Below are positions 1 to 11,611 of a DNA stretch of 36,139 nucleotides, one piece after another. Position 1 is the first letter of the stretch. Each line of letters begins with the position of its first letter. The stretch comes from Paraglomus brasilianum (Eukaryota), in assembly GCA_910592345.1 (NCBI GenBank), contig CAJVPI010000303.1, forward strand, positions 1 to 36,139, read 5' to 3'. The notes beneath the pieces are model-generated. The model was not told where the DNA came from. It did no database searches and worked only from the letters and a program-made list of their open reading frames with translations. The position numbers and the translations under genes are program-made.

Positions 1-54
1 CCCGGGTCTTTTACAATTTTTTCGGCCTAAACTGCTGCAGGGTACTATACATAG

Positions 55-450
55 GGGGGTATTTTAGTCAGCGCTCTACGGTAATTATCGGTTATCGGAA
101 GTGCGCGATTTCATATTCATATGAAATATCGGTTTTCCGAACAAATTTTATTTGGGAATTAGAAAAATTATCGGTTTTGGCGTTTATCGGTTTTTCGACT
201 TCGACTTTGGAAACAAGCGATATTAATATGCTCAATGATGATGAAATTATTGCAACCGTCCAAGAGGCGCCTCTTTCAACAAGATAATGCCCTAAGCACA
301 CAGCTAAAGCAACGAAGCAACTTCTTGTCCAAAAATGTTAGATTGATCCTCAAATAGCCCAGATCTCGATCCGATTGAGAATTTTAAAGACACGGGTCGA
401 AAAAGAAGTCAATCAAATATTGGTAAAAAACAGTTGAACGTGCCTAATTT
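55..450. mobile_element. DNA transposon relics: terminus-like segment with clustered TATCGG(TT) motifs, followed by a pogo/Tigger-like transposase C-terminal fragment
   Basis: TATCGG(TT) occurs five times between 86 and 192. The + strand from ~210 reads ETSDINMLNDDEIIATVQE followed by stops, resembling the L(T/S)DEEII motif near pogo/Tigger transposase C-termini. Confidence 0.4.
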
Positions 451-891
451 AAATTACAGCATTTACACTTTCTAATAAATTAAGTATTCTTGACAAAAAT
501 TTGTCGCTTTCATTTTCGGAAATTAATTTAAGGCATTGTGAACATTTTGCTTTCATGGAAAACAAAAAAACGAACGCAAAAACATACACACATGCACACA
601 AGCAATGGCTTTATCCAGACTGTTAATATTATTAACCGCGTGTATGGGAAAGAATGTCATATTAAACTAATTGTAGTACTATAATCTTTTTACAACAGTG
701 TTGTGTATTCAAAATTAAGATTTACAAAACCTAGCGGATCTACCCTATATTACTTGGAAATAAATCATGTTTTGCAAGCAGCTATTAATAAAAATTATCC
801 CGCTTCCTCATTGTAAATTACACCATAAATATCTAGTCGTGACCGATGCATCATCAGACATTGTCACATCATTATATTGGTTGCATCAATA

Positions 892-3800
892 TTATCGCGC
901 TATTTGCAATCCACGTGATTGCGTCAATCGTTTAATCTCGGCTTCCACACAATCTTCAGCATATTTTTGTTCACTCTCATCAAGGTTTTCATCTACGCTT
1001 CGATAATAAGTTTCGTGCTTCTCAATTGTAATAAGGCCGTCACGCAATCTGATAAAGCAACATATACCGTTCAATAAATAGATATTAGTACGAAAGATTG
1101 AATTATTACCATACCTCCGAGAAATAACATTGAGAACATTATCGTCATAAGTGGCTTCAGGTGGGATTCGACAAATTCCAGGATCCTTCGGTATATCTAA
1201 GTATGCCAGGTTACCTACATCCTCGTCAGCTTGTGTTGCAGTATTATCAATGACACGGTTCGATAATCCAACTTTTTGAACGTTATTGTTAAAGAGACGC
1301 TCTTCAAACGAATCATGTACCATCAGACGATACACGTATACTTTTTTCGTCTGACCGATTCGATATGCGCGTCCAACAGCTTGTTGTGCGTGTGTTGGAT
1401 TCCAGTCGCAATCAAACAAGACAACACGGTTGGCTCCAAACAGATTGACTCCAAGAGACGCTGTCTTGATTGAGATTAATGCAACAACCCAGTCAGGCCG
1501 TTCGTTGAAGCTATCTATCATGTGATGTCTTTGCTGAAAGAGAAATATAAGTTTAATATAAACGGACACCAAGAATTATAGAAAAAGGAGGTATGATTAC
1601 GTACGCTTTTGTCAACTTCTCCATCTATTCGGATTATTCTCGTTCGAGATGCTGGATGCTGCGTTACAGAGTCGTCGGTTTCTTGCCATTTTCTGAACTG
1701 CTTCTCGACATAGTCTAATTATACAAACATGATTAATATTTGTAATAAATCGCACGTAAGCGTCATATATTGAAACCGTGAAGCCTACCCAGCGTCGGCA
1801 GACTTTTTGAGAAAACAAGGACCTTGTCATTCTCAATTCTACATTGTTTCAGAATTTCCATGAGTACCAGCATTTTGTTGCTCAGTTTGATATCCTCAAT
1901 ATCTACAATGAAGATTCCTGCCTCAGAATTGATTGTCCTAGGATAGCAGAATATCAATAAAATATATGCTATAAACGTAATACCAGTTATGTAGGTTTTC
2001 TGATAATCACGAATTTTCTCCGCGACCACCGATGTGTATCTAATATTACGGACAATTAAATTTAATATCTTAAAAATATAGTAAATTTAAAATAAAGAAA
2101 CTGCATGCACCTAACCTATCTTCGTCTTCAGGTGTATTAGTTGTTATGTATCGTGCATTTTTTGATCTGGATCGCTTCGTATTAGTAATGCTAAGCTGTT
2201 GAAGAGAATATGGACGCCTTCAGTCTTTTTGCCACAAATGAAAAGCAAATGATGCGTAGAAAGTTAACGTACAAAGAACATTGCCGGATGGTTTAATAAA
2301 AGGCTTAAGAAATTTCCAATTTCAAAGATCCTCGCTGGATACTTAACGCATTCGAGAAAATACTACAAAAGGCACGAGCATTAGGGCTGCATTCACGCGA
2401 TAGTTTGGAATGAGTGCAAAACTTTTTACCTTGTATAGTTTGCGCTGATCTTCGGTATATCTGCAGAATATAACATAGTCTTGCTTTTCTGGTAGTTCGC
2501 CGGCAAGCAAGCTCTCATCTTTCCTATTTACGATACCAAATGTGAGTTACGTATCAGTGGATAAAATTCTTAATGGCATATGCTGAAGACTAACCTAAGA
2601 ACAATATCGTTGATGATTTTTTTTAAGACATAAAGCATGATAGTTGCACTCTACGAAAAAAAAAAAATCAATAGCTGTTAGTAACGCGACGTCCTTTAGG
2701 AACAAGTTTAGAAAGTTCTTATCAAACCTTATGGCTAGCCGGAAGTGCATTTGGAGCTATTCCCGACTCTATCGGGTTGATATATAATTTCTCAAATTCT
2801 TCACGATCACCTAAGTAATTAGGACACACAAAGTTTATCTGAAGGCAAGTCGATAATTAAACAATGTTAACTATACAATAATACAGCTCAATCGATGAGT
2901 AATTTGTAAATCGATTACCGTTGAATAATATTCCTTCTGATGAAAGAGATGAAATAACTTATTAATACGTTACAACAATGTGATATAATCATTAACGTCG
3001 TTGCTACTCACTAATGAGTTTTGTAGAGGAGACCCAGTTAAACAAATTCTGTTCCTCGTTCTCAAGTCGCGTAAGGCTTCCATCAATAGCGTCTACAAAA
3101 TAAGAACGGGTTCAATTGTGAGGCTTAAATGACAGAAATTATTCAATAATCCTTGGATATACAGATACAACAGCGTAAAGTATCATTGCTATTATGTCAT
3201 AAGCAACGTCTCATATCCTTGTAGATATTATTATACCATAGTTGTAGCGGTATATCCATCATTATAAAATGAAACTATTGACTAACGTCTTCACTTTTAA
3301 ATTTATGCCCTTCGTCGGCTATAATCAAGGAAGGACCAGGGTCAATCAAGTATTTTCGATATTGATTGATACGCCTTTGATCTTCTCTAAAACAGCTACG
3401 ACTAATCATCTCGTAGTTCGTGATGATAACACCGCCCCTCTCCTGTCGGTGCCAGTTCTTTAACGTTCTTAAACGCTCATCCTCTTTCATAGAAGTATCT
3501 ATATTGAAGATGTGTAGTGATCAGGTGGCCAATCAAATAACAGGTGTTCCGAAGACATTTGAAAGGCTTACCAAATTTTCCAACATGAGCGCAGAACTCC
3601 TTGCCATTTTCCATTCTGCGTAACCATTTGTTAAACTCTACCATCCAATTGTCAATCACTGTGCTTGGACATAATATCAAAACACGAAACCCATGATCCT
3701 TATGTATAAAATTAAATGTACACATCAGTTGACGTATCAGTTTATATGATTATACATTACAAAAATAGTATATACCATCAAATCCTGAGGAATCGCTTCA

Positions 3801-6800
3801 TTCTTCGCCTTCATCTCTCTCCAGAGCGTATACAAAAATGTAATCACTTGTACAGTTTTCCCAAGGCCCATTGCGTGGGCTAGAGTACAACCAGTTTCAA
3901 ACATAACGATATTTTTCCACAGAAACTGCGTGCCCTCAATCTTCCAAACGGTTTACCAGTTAGTAAATTACATAAATAGAGTTGGATCTTCTCGTCAAGT
4001 AAATCACCTGATGTTGTTTTAACTCCGAAGATAACTCTAACGGGATATATATATCTTCTTCTTCTGCTTCGTGGCCTCTGTTGATGGCCGCCCTTCCCAT
4101 GCTATCAATAGCTGACTGTCTAAAATCAACAATAAAATATACTAAGCAGGTAACGTCTATCAAAATTGCTAACTAAATAGCCTCGAAAGCGGCATTATAA
4201 CTTACTGATCATATCTCAAACGATATGCAGCTTCTCTGGCACGTCGTTGAGTTCTCATTGTAATTGTCCTAACAGATTCGGGTCGAACAGTGGTATTTTT
4301 CCCTTTTCGTGTTTGATTGGCGATCTCTGCCAAAATTTCAGGATGACGGATGTCAAGGTCTTCTGCTATTGAACTGTGGGTGGAAGCTTCGGGTTCAAGG
4401 CGGCGTTTCTTGTTCGGTCTACCAAAAGTCATTAGCGCAAATTTATTAAACCAGATTACAACTATACATAGCAGACACCTACATCGAACTGTCATCAGTT
4501 CTTGCAGCGACACTCAACAAGTTTGGAATATTTTTCTGAGCAGCCGCTTTACGCTTTCTCCAGTACTGAGCGAAACATCCTTCTTCAAAGAGTTCGACTG
4601 GTTCATTATTCGACGAATTCCTATTAATAGCCTGGCTATGATCAGCGGTATCGAATTCTTTATATTCAAACTCCTTGAAGTCGTTCCATATATGTGTCAA
4701 GATGACATATTCCGCTAATGTCGCGTTCGGTTCATTATAACAAATTACGGAATCTACCATCTTCTTAATTTTGTAAAAAAGTGCGGGCGCTGCAGTCGAT
4801 CTAATAAATTCCTCGTCTATCAGACGTCGCATCTCAGGACCCAGGTCTTCGAGATAGTCATTTTCGAATTCAGAGTCGTGATCGGATACGTAAGCCATTT
4901 CGCCTATGTCGTCGTTTGACATTTCCGTTTCTGAAGCAGCGTCGTAATTGTGTTCTAGCCTTGAAGAGAAACCCTCATCCTCACTATCACTCATTATCAA
5001 GATTACTTCAGCATCAAGATCTATGGGTTTAGAAGCTGTTCCAAACCCAACAGTATTTTTTGATTGTGATGAAGACTTTCTCGCAAGCGGTTGGCCAAGT
5101 GAGGATCTGGTATTGTCATTACAAAGTGGTTGATGATATGAACTTCCCGCGTCATCACTTTGGATCGTGGATTCATCCATAAGCTGTTCACGTAAGCTAA
5201 GTGGGGTTGTTGAGGGACTAAAAACTTCATAAAAAATTGATTTCTTGTTTGGGGTGACGTTTTCCAAAAGGGAAGTATCAGCCAGTGTATTTGGCGCATC
5301 TGTCTCCATTAAATTAGTATCTTCTGGTTCACTTTCAGGAGAGATTGTATCAACAGAATTTTCTGTCACAGGTGGTGAAAGAACCAAATCCATAGTCGAA
5401 CAATCAGCATCGATCGCTCCAGGAGTTATGCAGGAAATATCAACGATGGGCGCTGATGTTCGTTCTTCAATTTCCTCGATAACAATATCGCTATCTTCGT
5501 TATGGTTTGAATTATTATCGCTTTCTGTATTGGTTTCACCATTGTTATTTATAAAATTTTTTCTACCTACTTCATAACCTTTATTTACATTGTCTTTGGA
5601 TTTTTTGTTGTGTCCATTGCTGTTATTACTTTCAACATCTTCATTGTTCGTGACATCCTCATCATCGTTACTATTATTATTGTTGTTTTCAACTATGTTA
5701 TTCTGGATAACTGGCAATCCTGCATCACGCCGTAATTCAGCTAACCTCTCATCATTTATAGGAAGATCTGATTCGTCAATAAAGTCACTCAAGGAATCTT
5801 TGGAATTTTCAGAATCTTCGTCATCTTCAGATATTTCGCTATCTTCTTCGTAAGACTCACTAGTCAGAGCCGTTTTTGTTGCAGACTGTCCAGAAACGCC
5901 AGATTTATCTCTAGTTTTAGATGCTGGTTTGCGGGGCTGTTCACCTGAGAGCACACTAAGTGTCCATTCAATTTCAAAGATTCTTTTTAAACTTACGTCC
6001 AAGATGCCACATTGTCTGAGAAAGTCTTTAGAATTTCTAGCAAAATTTTTCTGAAGCTCATCAATTAGATCAGGGATTCTTTTTTGATTTAAATGTTCCA
6101 TTTCGGTCTTTAATTCTTCTTGTCGATTTCTCCATTTACGCCACAAGTTCCACTGTTTCTGTGCATATTTCTCCGGCTTTTCCCGCTTGAGAGCTTCGCG
6201 TTTAACTTTTAGTTTCTTTCGCACACTTTCTATATATCCATCGATACTCTTCTGACAGTCTAAATATCTCTTGTTTATCTGCTCAGTTTCGGTTTGCTCT
6301 TCCTTCTCAACCTCTTTCTCCAAATCAGAGTCCATCATTTTGTTTTCATCTTCACTATCGCCGTATAACGGCAAAAGTGTGTCATCGTCACCCATTTCAT
6401 CATAAGCGCCCCCATACGTACACTTTCGTGGCTTGTTCCTGATAATCTGAATAACATCTTCTGGTATTTCTTGTCCACATTTCACAGCTCGGAAACCAGC
6501 CGCTTCAGCCCCTATGTCATCTAAGATAACATATTGATCTTCGCTTTCTTCCTCGGTATCATCACTTTCCGACAATTCATCAGCAGCTTCGTCTTCAGTC
6601 TGCGAATCAGAGAGTACCAGGCGGCTTATTTCGTTTTCCTGGACAAACTGCCAAGAGGACGCAGCGCTTACCTCCGCCGATGAAGTTGTAGCTAATTCGA
6701 GACCTATGTTATAGCATAGGATTTATTAAGTCATTTAAAATTCAGGTTGCGAAGATACAAACTAATACTCACTAGCCTTAAGACCTTCAATAGCCTTTAG

Positions 6801-7291
6801 TATTTTTGTTCGCGTTCCCCACGATGTGAGGCAGAGTTCTTTAGTTAATACATCGTTATTGATGTGATCCAAGAGCAGTAACCCATCAACCTCATGCTCT
6901 ATTGACAATGTAGGATGTAAACGTTAGCAAGCCTGTATGCTGTGAAATGGCACCAACTCGGTGTCAGATTATGAATGATTAGAGTGTGCTTGTATTAAGT
7001 TAATATCCCAATCTCCACAGGTATCTGTACTTGAATCGGTTTGCATTTGTGAGTGATATTATTTTCTAATCATACTACAATCTACACACTTCAAGTTACG
7101 AATTTACCTCTAAACGCGTGGCACACAGCGTCGACTTGCATTAGGCCAAGGCCTCGAAGCCAACCGCAGACTTGGTCGACCGTCCAGGTAGTCGGGGAAG
7201 GCAAGTTCCGGTTAAGAGTTGTGCAGGTCTCGTGCATATTCAAAATGGCGCCGCCACTGCAGCCAAGCGAGTAAATACGCGGAGGGGACAT
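892..7291 (-). CDS. SNF2-family chromatin remodelling ATPase, ATRX/RAD54L2(ARIP4)-like, with N-terminal SAM domain; multi-exon
   Basis: Splices through GT-AG introns. SAM domain WTVDQVCGWL...EHEVDGLLLL...WGTRTKILKAI (exons 7291-7108, 6898-6773); large acidic exon 6703-4483; motif I LAHAMGLGKT (~3860-3885); motif II IIADEGH; LTGSPLQN; C-terminal helicase SLGVNLFGANRVVLFDCDWNPTHAQQAVGRAYRIGQ. Includes an 18-nt exon at 2919-2936. Confidence 0.92.
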
Positions 7292-7606
7292 GTCAAATTT
7301 TATTTATAGCTGAACTGAAAGCCTTGGTACAACCATAAAACTCAACTTCCCATTCTTCATCAATTGCGTTAACTTGTATTACCAAATTACATTTTTATTC
7401 TCAAATGGAGATAACTAATTTAGTCAATTACAAATAACGATTTTCTCATTTTGGATACGATTAACTATAGGTTTTGAAAAGTGCATTTCCATCATGAATC
7501 AGTAGATGACTATTCTATCCCGAGTCCGTCAAGCTGTCGGAAGGAATCATCGATTAATGAACCACCTCAATGCACCTCCATCAATATTCTGTTTAGATAA
7601 TTATCC

Positions 7607-8670
7607 TTATATTCCTTCTTCGTCAAGTCGATATGCAACCATGGCATCGATCTTGTGAAAGTCGGTGGAAAATGAACGCAAGCGGACTTGCTCCGCGTTC
7701 TGAATTAAGTGCGCATCGGAATCTCCCCAGTCATTCGGAACTTCGGCGTCTTTGTCAGTGAATGCGAGAATATTAAATGTACCTACATTACAAGTTGAAT
7801 CATAAATCCATCCTCAATGTCAGAAGAACCGACTCCTACCAACGCTTTATACAGAAACACCACACTTCCAAGCCCTGAATCTTCATTAAAAAGACTATCT
7901 TATCCCTTTAGAACACTACGAACTCGGTCATTCTCAAATAGCTTACATTTGTCTTCTAACAAGGGCAAAAAAGTGACGCTCGCCGTAATCTGTCTTATTA
8001 TCGCTTGTATCTCTGCATTGACCTCACTCCTTGGTTTCACGGTCTCTCTTGAAGTCTCTTCGGTCTCGTTATCCTTGACAACGTGTACATCAAATTGCCA
8101 TCTCTCCAGAGTCTGACGAGTATCGCATGATATTATGGCCAGAACCAATTTGCTTATTTTCTTTGCCATTAACCAAGCTTCAAGTCAAAATAAGCAAAGA
8201 TAAATTATGTGAGAAGAGAAGAGTATTTGCTTTTGTGCAAGCAGCATAAGTCATTTTACACATGCTTTCTTATTGTTCGGGGTACCAAGAAAATGTTACT
8301 TCACTCGATTTACCTTCGACCTGCGACAAGACTTTTTTTAAATAACACTTAACATTCTCATCAGCAGACACGAGTATATTGAGTCCGTATCTTTTAACCA
8401 TTTTGAAATCTTCAGGAGGATATATTCCTCGCTGGAAAAGAAGACTGTGAGAGTCTAAAGGCGTAAGTAAGAAGCTTAAGTATCGCCAAAGAGCAAATAG
8501 AAGCATTACCTATTTATGCTATAGCCTAATGAAAATGAATTGTAATGTCAATTAAAGTTCCTAAACAGTAATAAATTTTCTCAAGAAAACACACCAAAGA
8601 ACTCAACGATAGTCTCAGTGGAGCCCTTGAGCGTAATCTTGTTGCGAATGTTCTTTGTTGCAGTACCCAT
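7607..8670 (-). CDS. MAD2: Spindle assembly checkpoint HORMA protein Mad2, 209 aa, 5 exons
   Basis: Exons 8670-8595, 8525-8510, 8444-8314, 8177-7947, 7782-7607 join in frame (630 nt). ITLKGSTETIVEFFGYSINSLLFQRGIYPPEDF, LERWQFDV, EIQAIIRQITASVTFLP and EQVRLRSFST are Mad2 signatures. Confidence 0.96.
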
Positions 8671-8708
8671 TTTCAAGCAGATTGTGGTTTGTATACAAGT
8701 TTAAATTA

Positions 8709-8784
8709 ACGCGTTTACGGGGTGATTATGATCTACACCCACAAAATCTAAATTATGATGTCCTAATTTGGAATTGAGACGCGT
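8709..8784. promoter_or_regulatory. Two MCB-like ACGCGT elements upstream of MAD2
   Basis: ACGCGT at 8709-8714 and 8779-8784, about 40 and 110 bp upstream of the MAD2 ATG. Confidence 0.35.
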
Positions 8785-9016
8785 AGAATCTATTGATCTT
8801 GGGCTGTGGAATAATAAAATGTCAAATTCGTTAACTTGTTGCTTCTTGTGGTAACGTTTCCAACATTTGAAGCGTCCAATAGTAAGGGACATTATGACAA
8901 TATACAGATTACAGCGGGAATGCTTGACACGAGTATGATAGATGATGTTACAGAAAAGCTTTTGGCCCAACATTATGACGTTGAAATAATCCTCCGCAAC
9001 CCTGCATTGTTTATAT

Positions 9017-11185
9017 TTAATGATCATTGATTTTATTGTTAACAACACATTCATTTTTCTTTCTCTTCTTCTTCTTCTTCTTCTTCTTCTTTATATTGTA
9101 TTTCGACCCTACACTCTCCCCGTCATTAGAAACTATGTATTCTTCGTCGCTCTTATGTTGTCGTTCCCGCTTATTGATATTAGAACCACAGTGTTTGACT
9201 TTCCTTACAAAACAGGCTACGAAGAATCCGTTGGTTGAATCCTCTGGGCATGTACGGATAAGCTTTTGCGCTGTGTCTTAAATAGACCAAGTCGTTATTC
9301 ACTAATACGTATTTACCAAGTCAGTCGTAATAAATCATACCTTCATCCAACTCATTATTATCACCTCTTCGTTCCCAGGAGGGAATCACTTTGTTCCTGT
9401 CAGCAAGAACAAAATCATCTGTCACATGTAGTATTTCCTTAACAACACGCTCATTCTCTTCAGCATATATCGAACACGTCGAATAAGTGATCTTCTTAAC
9501 GGAAGGGACTAATAAAAGCATATGTGTGTTGAGCATTGATGTTTTTACAACCATTAGAAAAACATTTCGAAAGAGCCTCGTGATAATAAGTACATTTGAA
9601 TGCATGAAGAATTAGTTGAGTTTGGAATTCACTCAGATTTTGTAACCGCGCATCTTTTGAATAACATGTCTTTTGCTCTTTGTTTGACACCACGAGATTA
9701 TTCTCTTATAAACAGATATACATGTTAACTGTAGTGACGATAGGAAAATCATAGGACATGCAAACGGCACGTATCTGACGTTGTTTCATCCTTACCCAAC
9801 GAATCTATCAAATAATCCAATCGGCTTATAATCCCGCTTCCCGAGCAAGAAGGATCCAAAAGAATATATTCAACATTTGCAAATTTGTCATCCTTCGGAT
9901 CCACATTCAAGAAAGAGCGATGAATAGCTTCGATGTCTCACATCCCAGTGCAATTAAGAGATAATATTTTATTTACATACTATAGGATACGTCCGTCAAG
10001 TTTTAATCACTTTCTTCTTCAGATAAAAGGATACTCTTACATCCAGCTCGTTCGGTCAAAGCCTTTAGGACGTCTAATCGCTTTCTGTCAATGTCAAACG
10101 CCCATATCTTCCCAGTATTTTCCATAATGGCTGATAAATGGGAAGTCTTATTTCCTGGTGCGGCACATGCATCAATTACATGTGCGTCTTTTGATGGTGA
10201 GAGAATGTAGGCTGGAAAGCAAGATGCTTTGTCCTAGTTGGAAGATTTTGTGAATATCAATAATAAAGGAGAAAAGTAAGCAGTAATACGCAGATAGAGG
10301 TCAATCTATAATACCTGAAGGATTATATGCCCCGATAGAAGAAGTCCATGATCGTGAAGATCCGTATTAGGTGGGAAGACAAGGAGATCTGGAATATGGA
10401 CATCCCTCTTAATAGTCTTATGGCTGTAAGAGATAATAGCGATCAATACGCTACTGGCAATCAACATCAAAGTCTTGCAGATAGAATAGCTTATCAATAA
10501 TTACTTGCCTTAAATCCGTAAAATCAGGTTCGTCGATACACCGGTATCCATCCTGCTCACAAAAATGCTTAATAACTTCTTCGACACTGGTCTTTAAGAT
10601 ATTTACACGCACAAAACGCGGTACATTTACTGTTCAAACCAAAAACACTAGATAAGTCCAACAATTGTCACGTTCGGATCTGACCAAGTTACTTTTTTTT
10701 TCTCGATTGTGACTCACCACTGTTTCTAATGTCTTTCGGTATCAACTCCTCATTACTTTTAACACGCATACGGATTTTCAATCTCACCAATTCGGCTCTT
10801 AATTGAATTTCATGTTTTATAACAGCTCTTCTGTATATGCCATCTGATGCTTGAATCCCATGATTAGTAAAAAGCAGATCGTGAAGTAATACCAAAGCAA
10901 GGTTATAATATAGCCTCTTTTCTTGAGCGAGAAGATTCGTCTTGTTGATTATGGTTGTGAGTGGGGCCGTATCTGTAGTGAAACAAAAATAATTGAATTC
11001 GAATATTTGCATAGATAACATGACGGGTTGAGCACAAACTTACATTTTAACGTTTCACATACAAGGGCGTACACTCTTTTCTTATCTTTATCTTTGACAT
11101 CATTGCTAAAGGTTAAAGACTTTATTGTCCCTTCGTGACGTTGAAGTTTAGTAAGAATGTCTGCTGCCTGAATGTAGAAATTCAT
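9017..11185 (-). CDS. NSUN5: 25S/28S rRNA cytosine-C5 methyltransferase (NSUN5/Rcm1), multi-exon
   Basis: [11 protein letters not shown]...[78 protein letters not shown], and a Lys-rich tail encoded by (AAG)9. Stop TAA at 9017-9019. Confidence 0.95.
9937..10034 (-). other. U12-type (minor spliceosome) GT-AG intron in NSUN5
   Basis: Donor A|GTATCCTTTT, branch-like TCTCTTAAT about 17 nt before a GAG acceptor with no pyrimidine tract. Splicing gives AGCKNIEAI. Confidence 0.8.
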
Positions 11186-11611
11186 TAACCTTTCCTGCAG
11201 GGACCACCAAGCGAACAAATTTTTGGTATGCACGTGAACGTTTGACTGATCTAATAGGTGGAACACTGACCACGTTATGCATGCTCCGGAATGTCGTGAA
11301 TAGACGAATCATCAACTAATAATATTTCAAAACATTCCCTAAACGCTATAATAGTTACGCAATAGAGTTTTAGATACTGCAATGCTTCTTTGTTTTCAGT
11401 TTCTTAATTCTTCTCCTCAGTCCCGATTTTCAACCACAAATGGATACTGCACAACCATTATCGTTATCGATATTCACGTGAGGTGGAAATTTTTCTCCGA
11501 GAAACCACTCACAAACGATATCTTTATCTCCTACTTCCCCAGCCATTATCTCTTGTCAGAACCAACTCCCCAGCTTACTTCAACGAGCGATATAATAGTA
11601 TCTCTTTTGCT

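Noticed and set aside
4350..5853. Several + strand ORFs of 61-122 aa
   Set aside because: Antisense shadows of the large acidic SNF2 exon.
11231..11481. CACGTG E-boxes in the divergent NSUN5 / WW-gene spacer (also at 17811)
   Set aside because: The hexamer also occurs in repeat and coding DNA in this window, so function cannot be supported.
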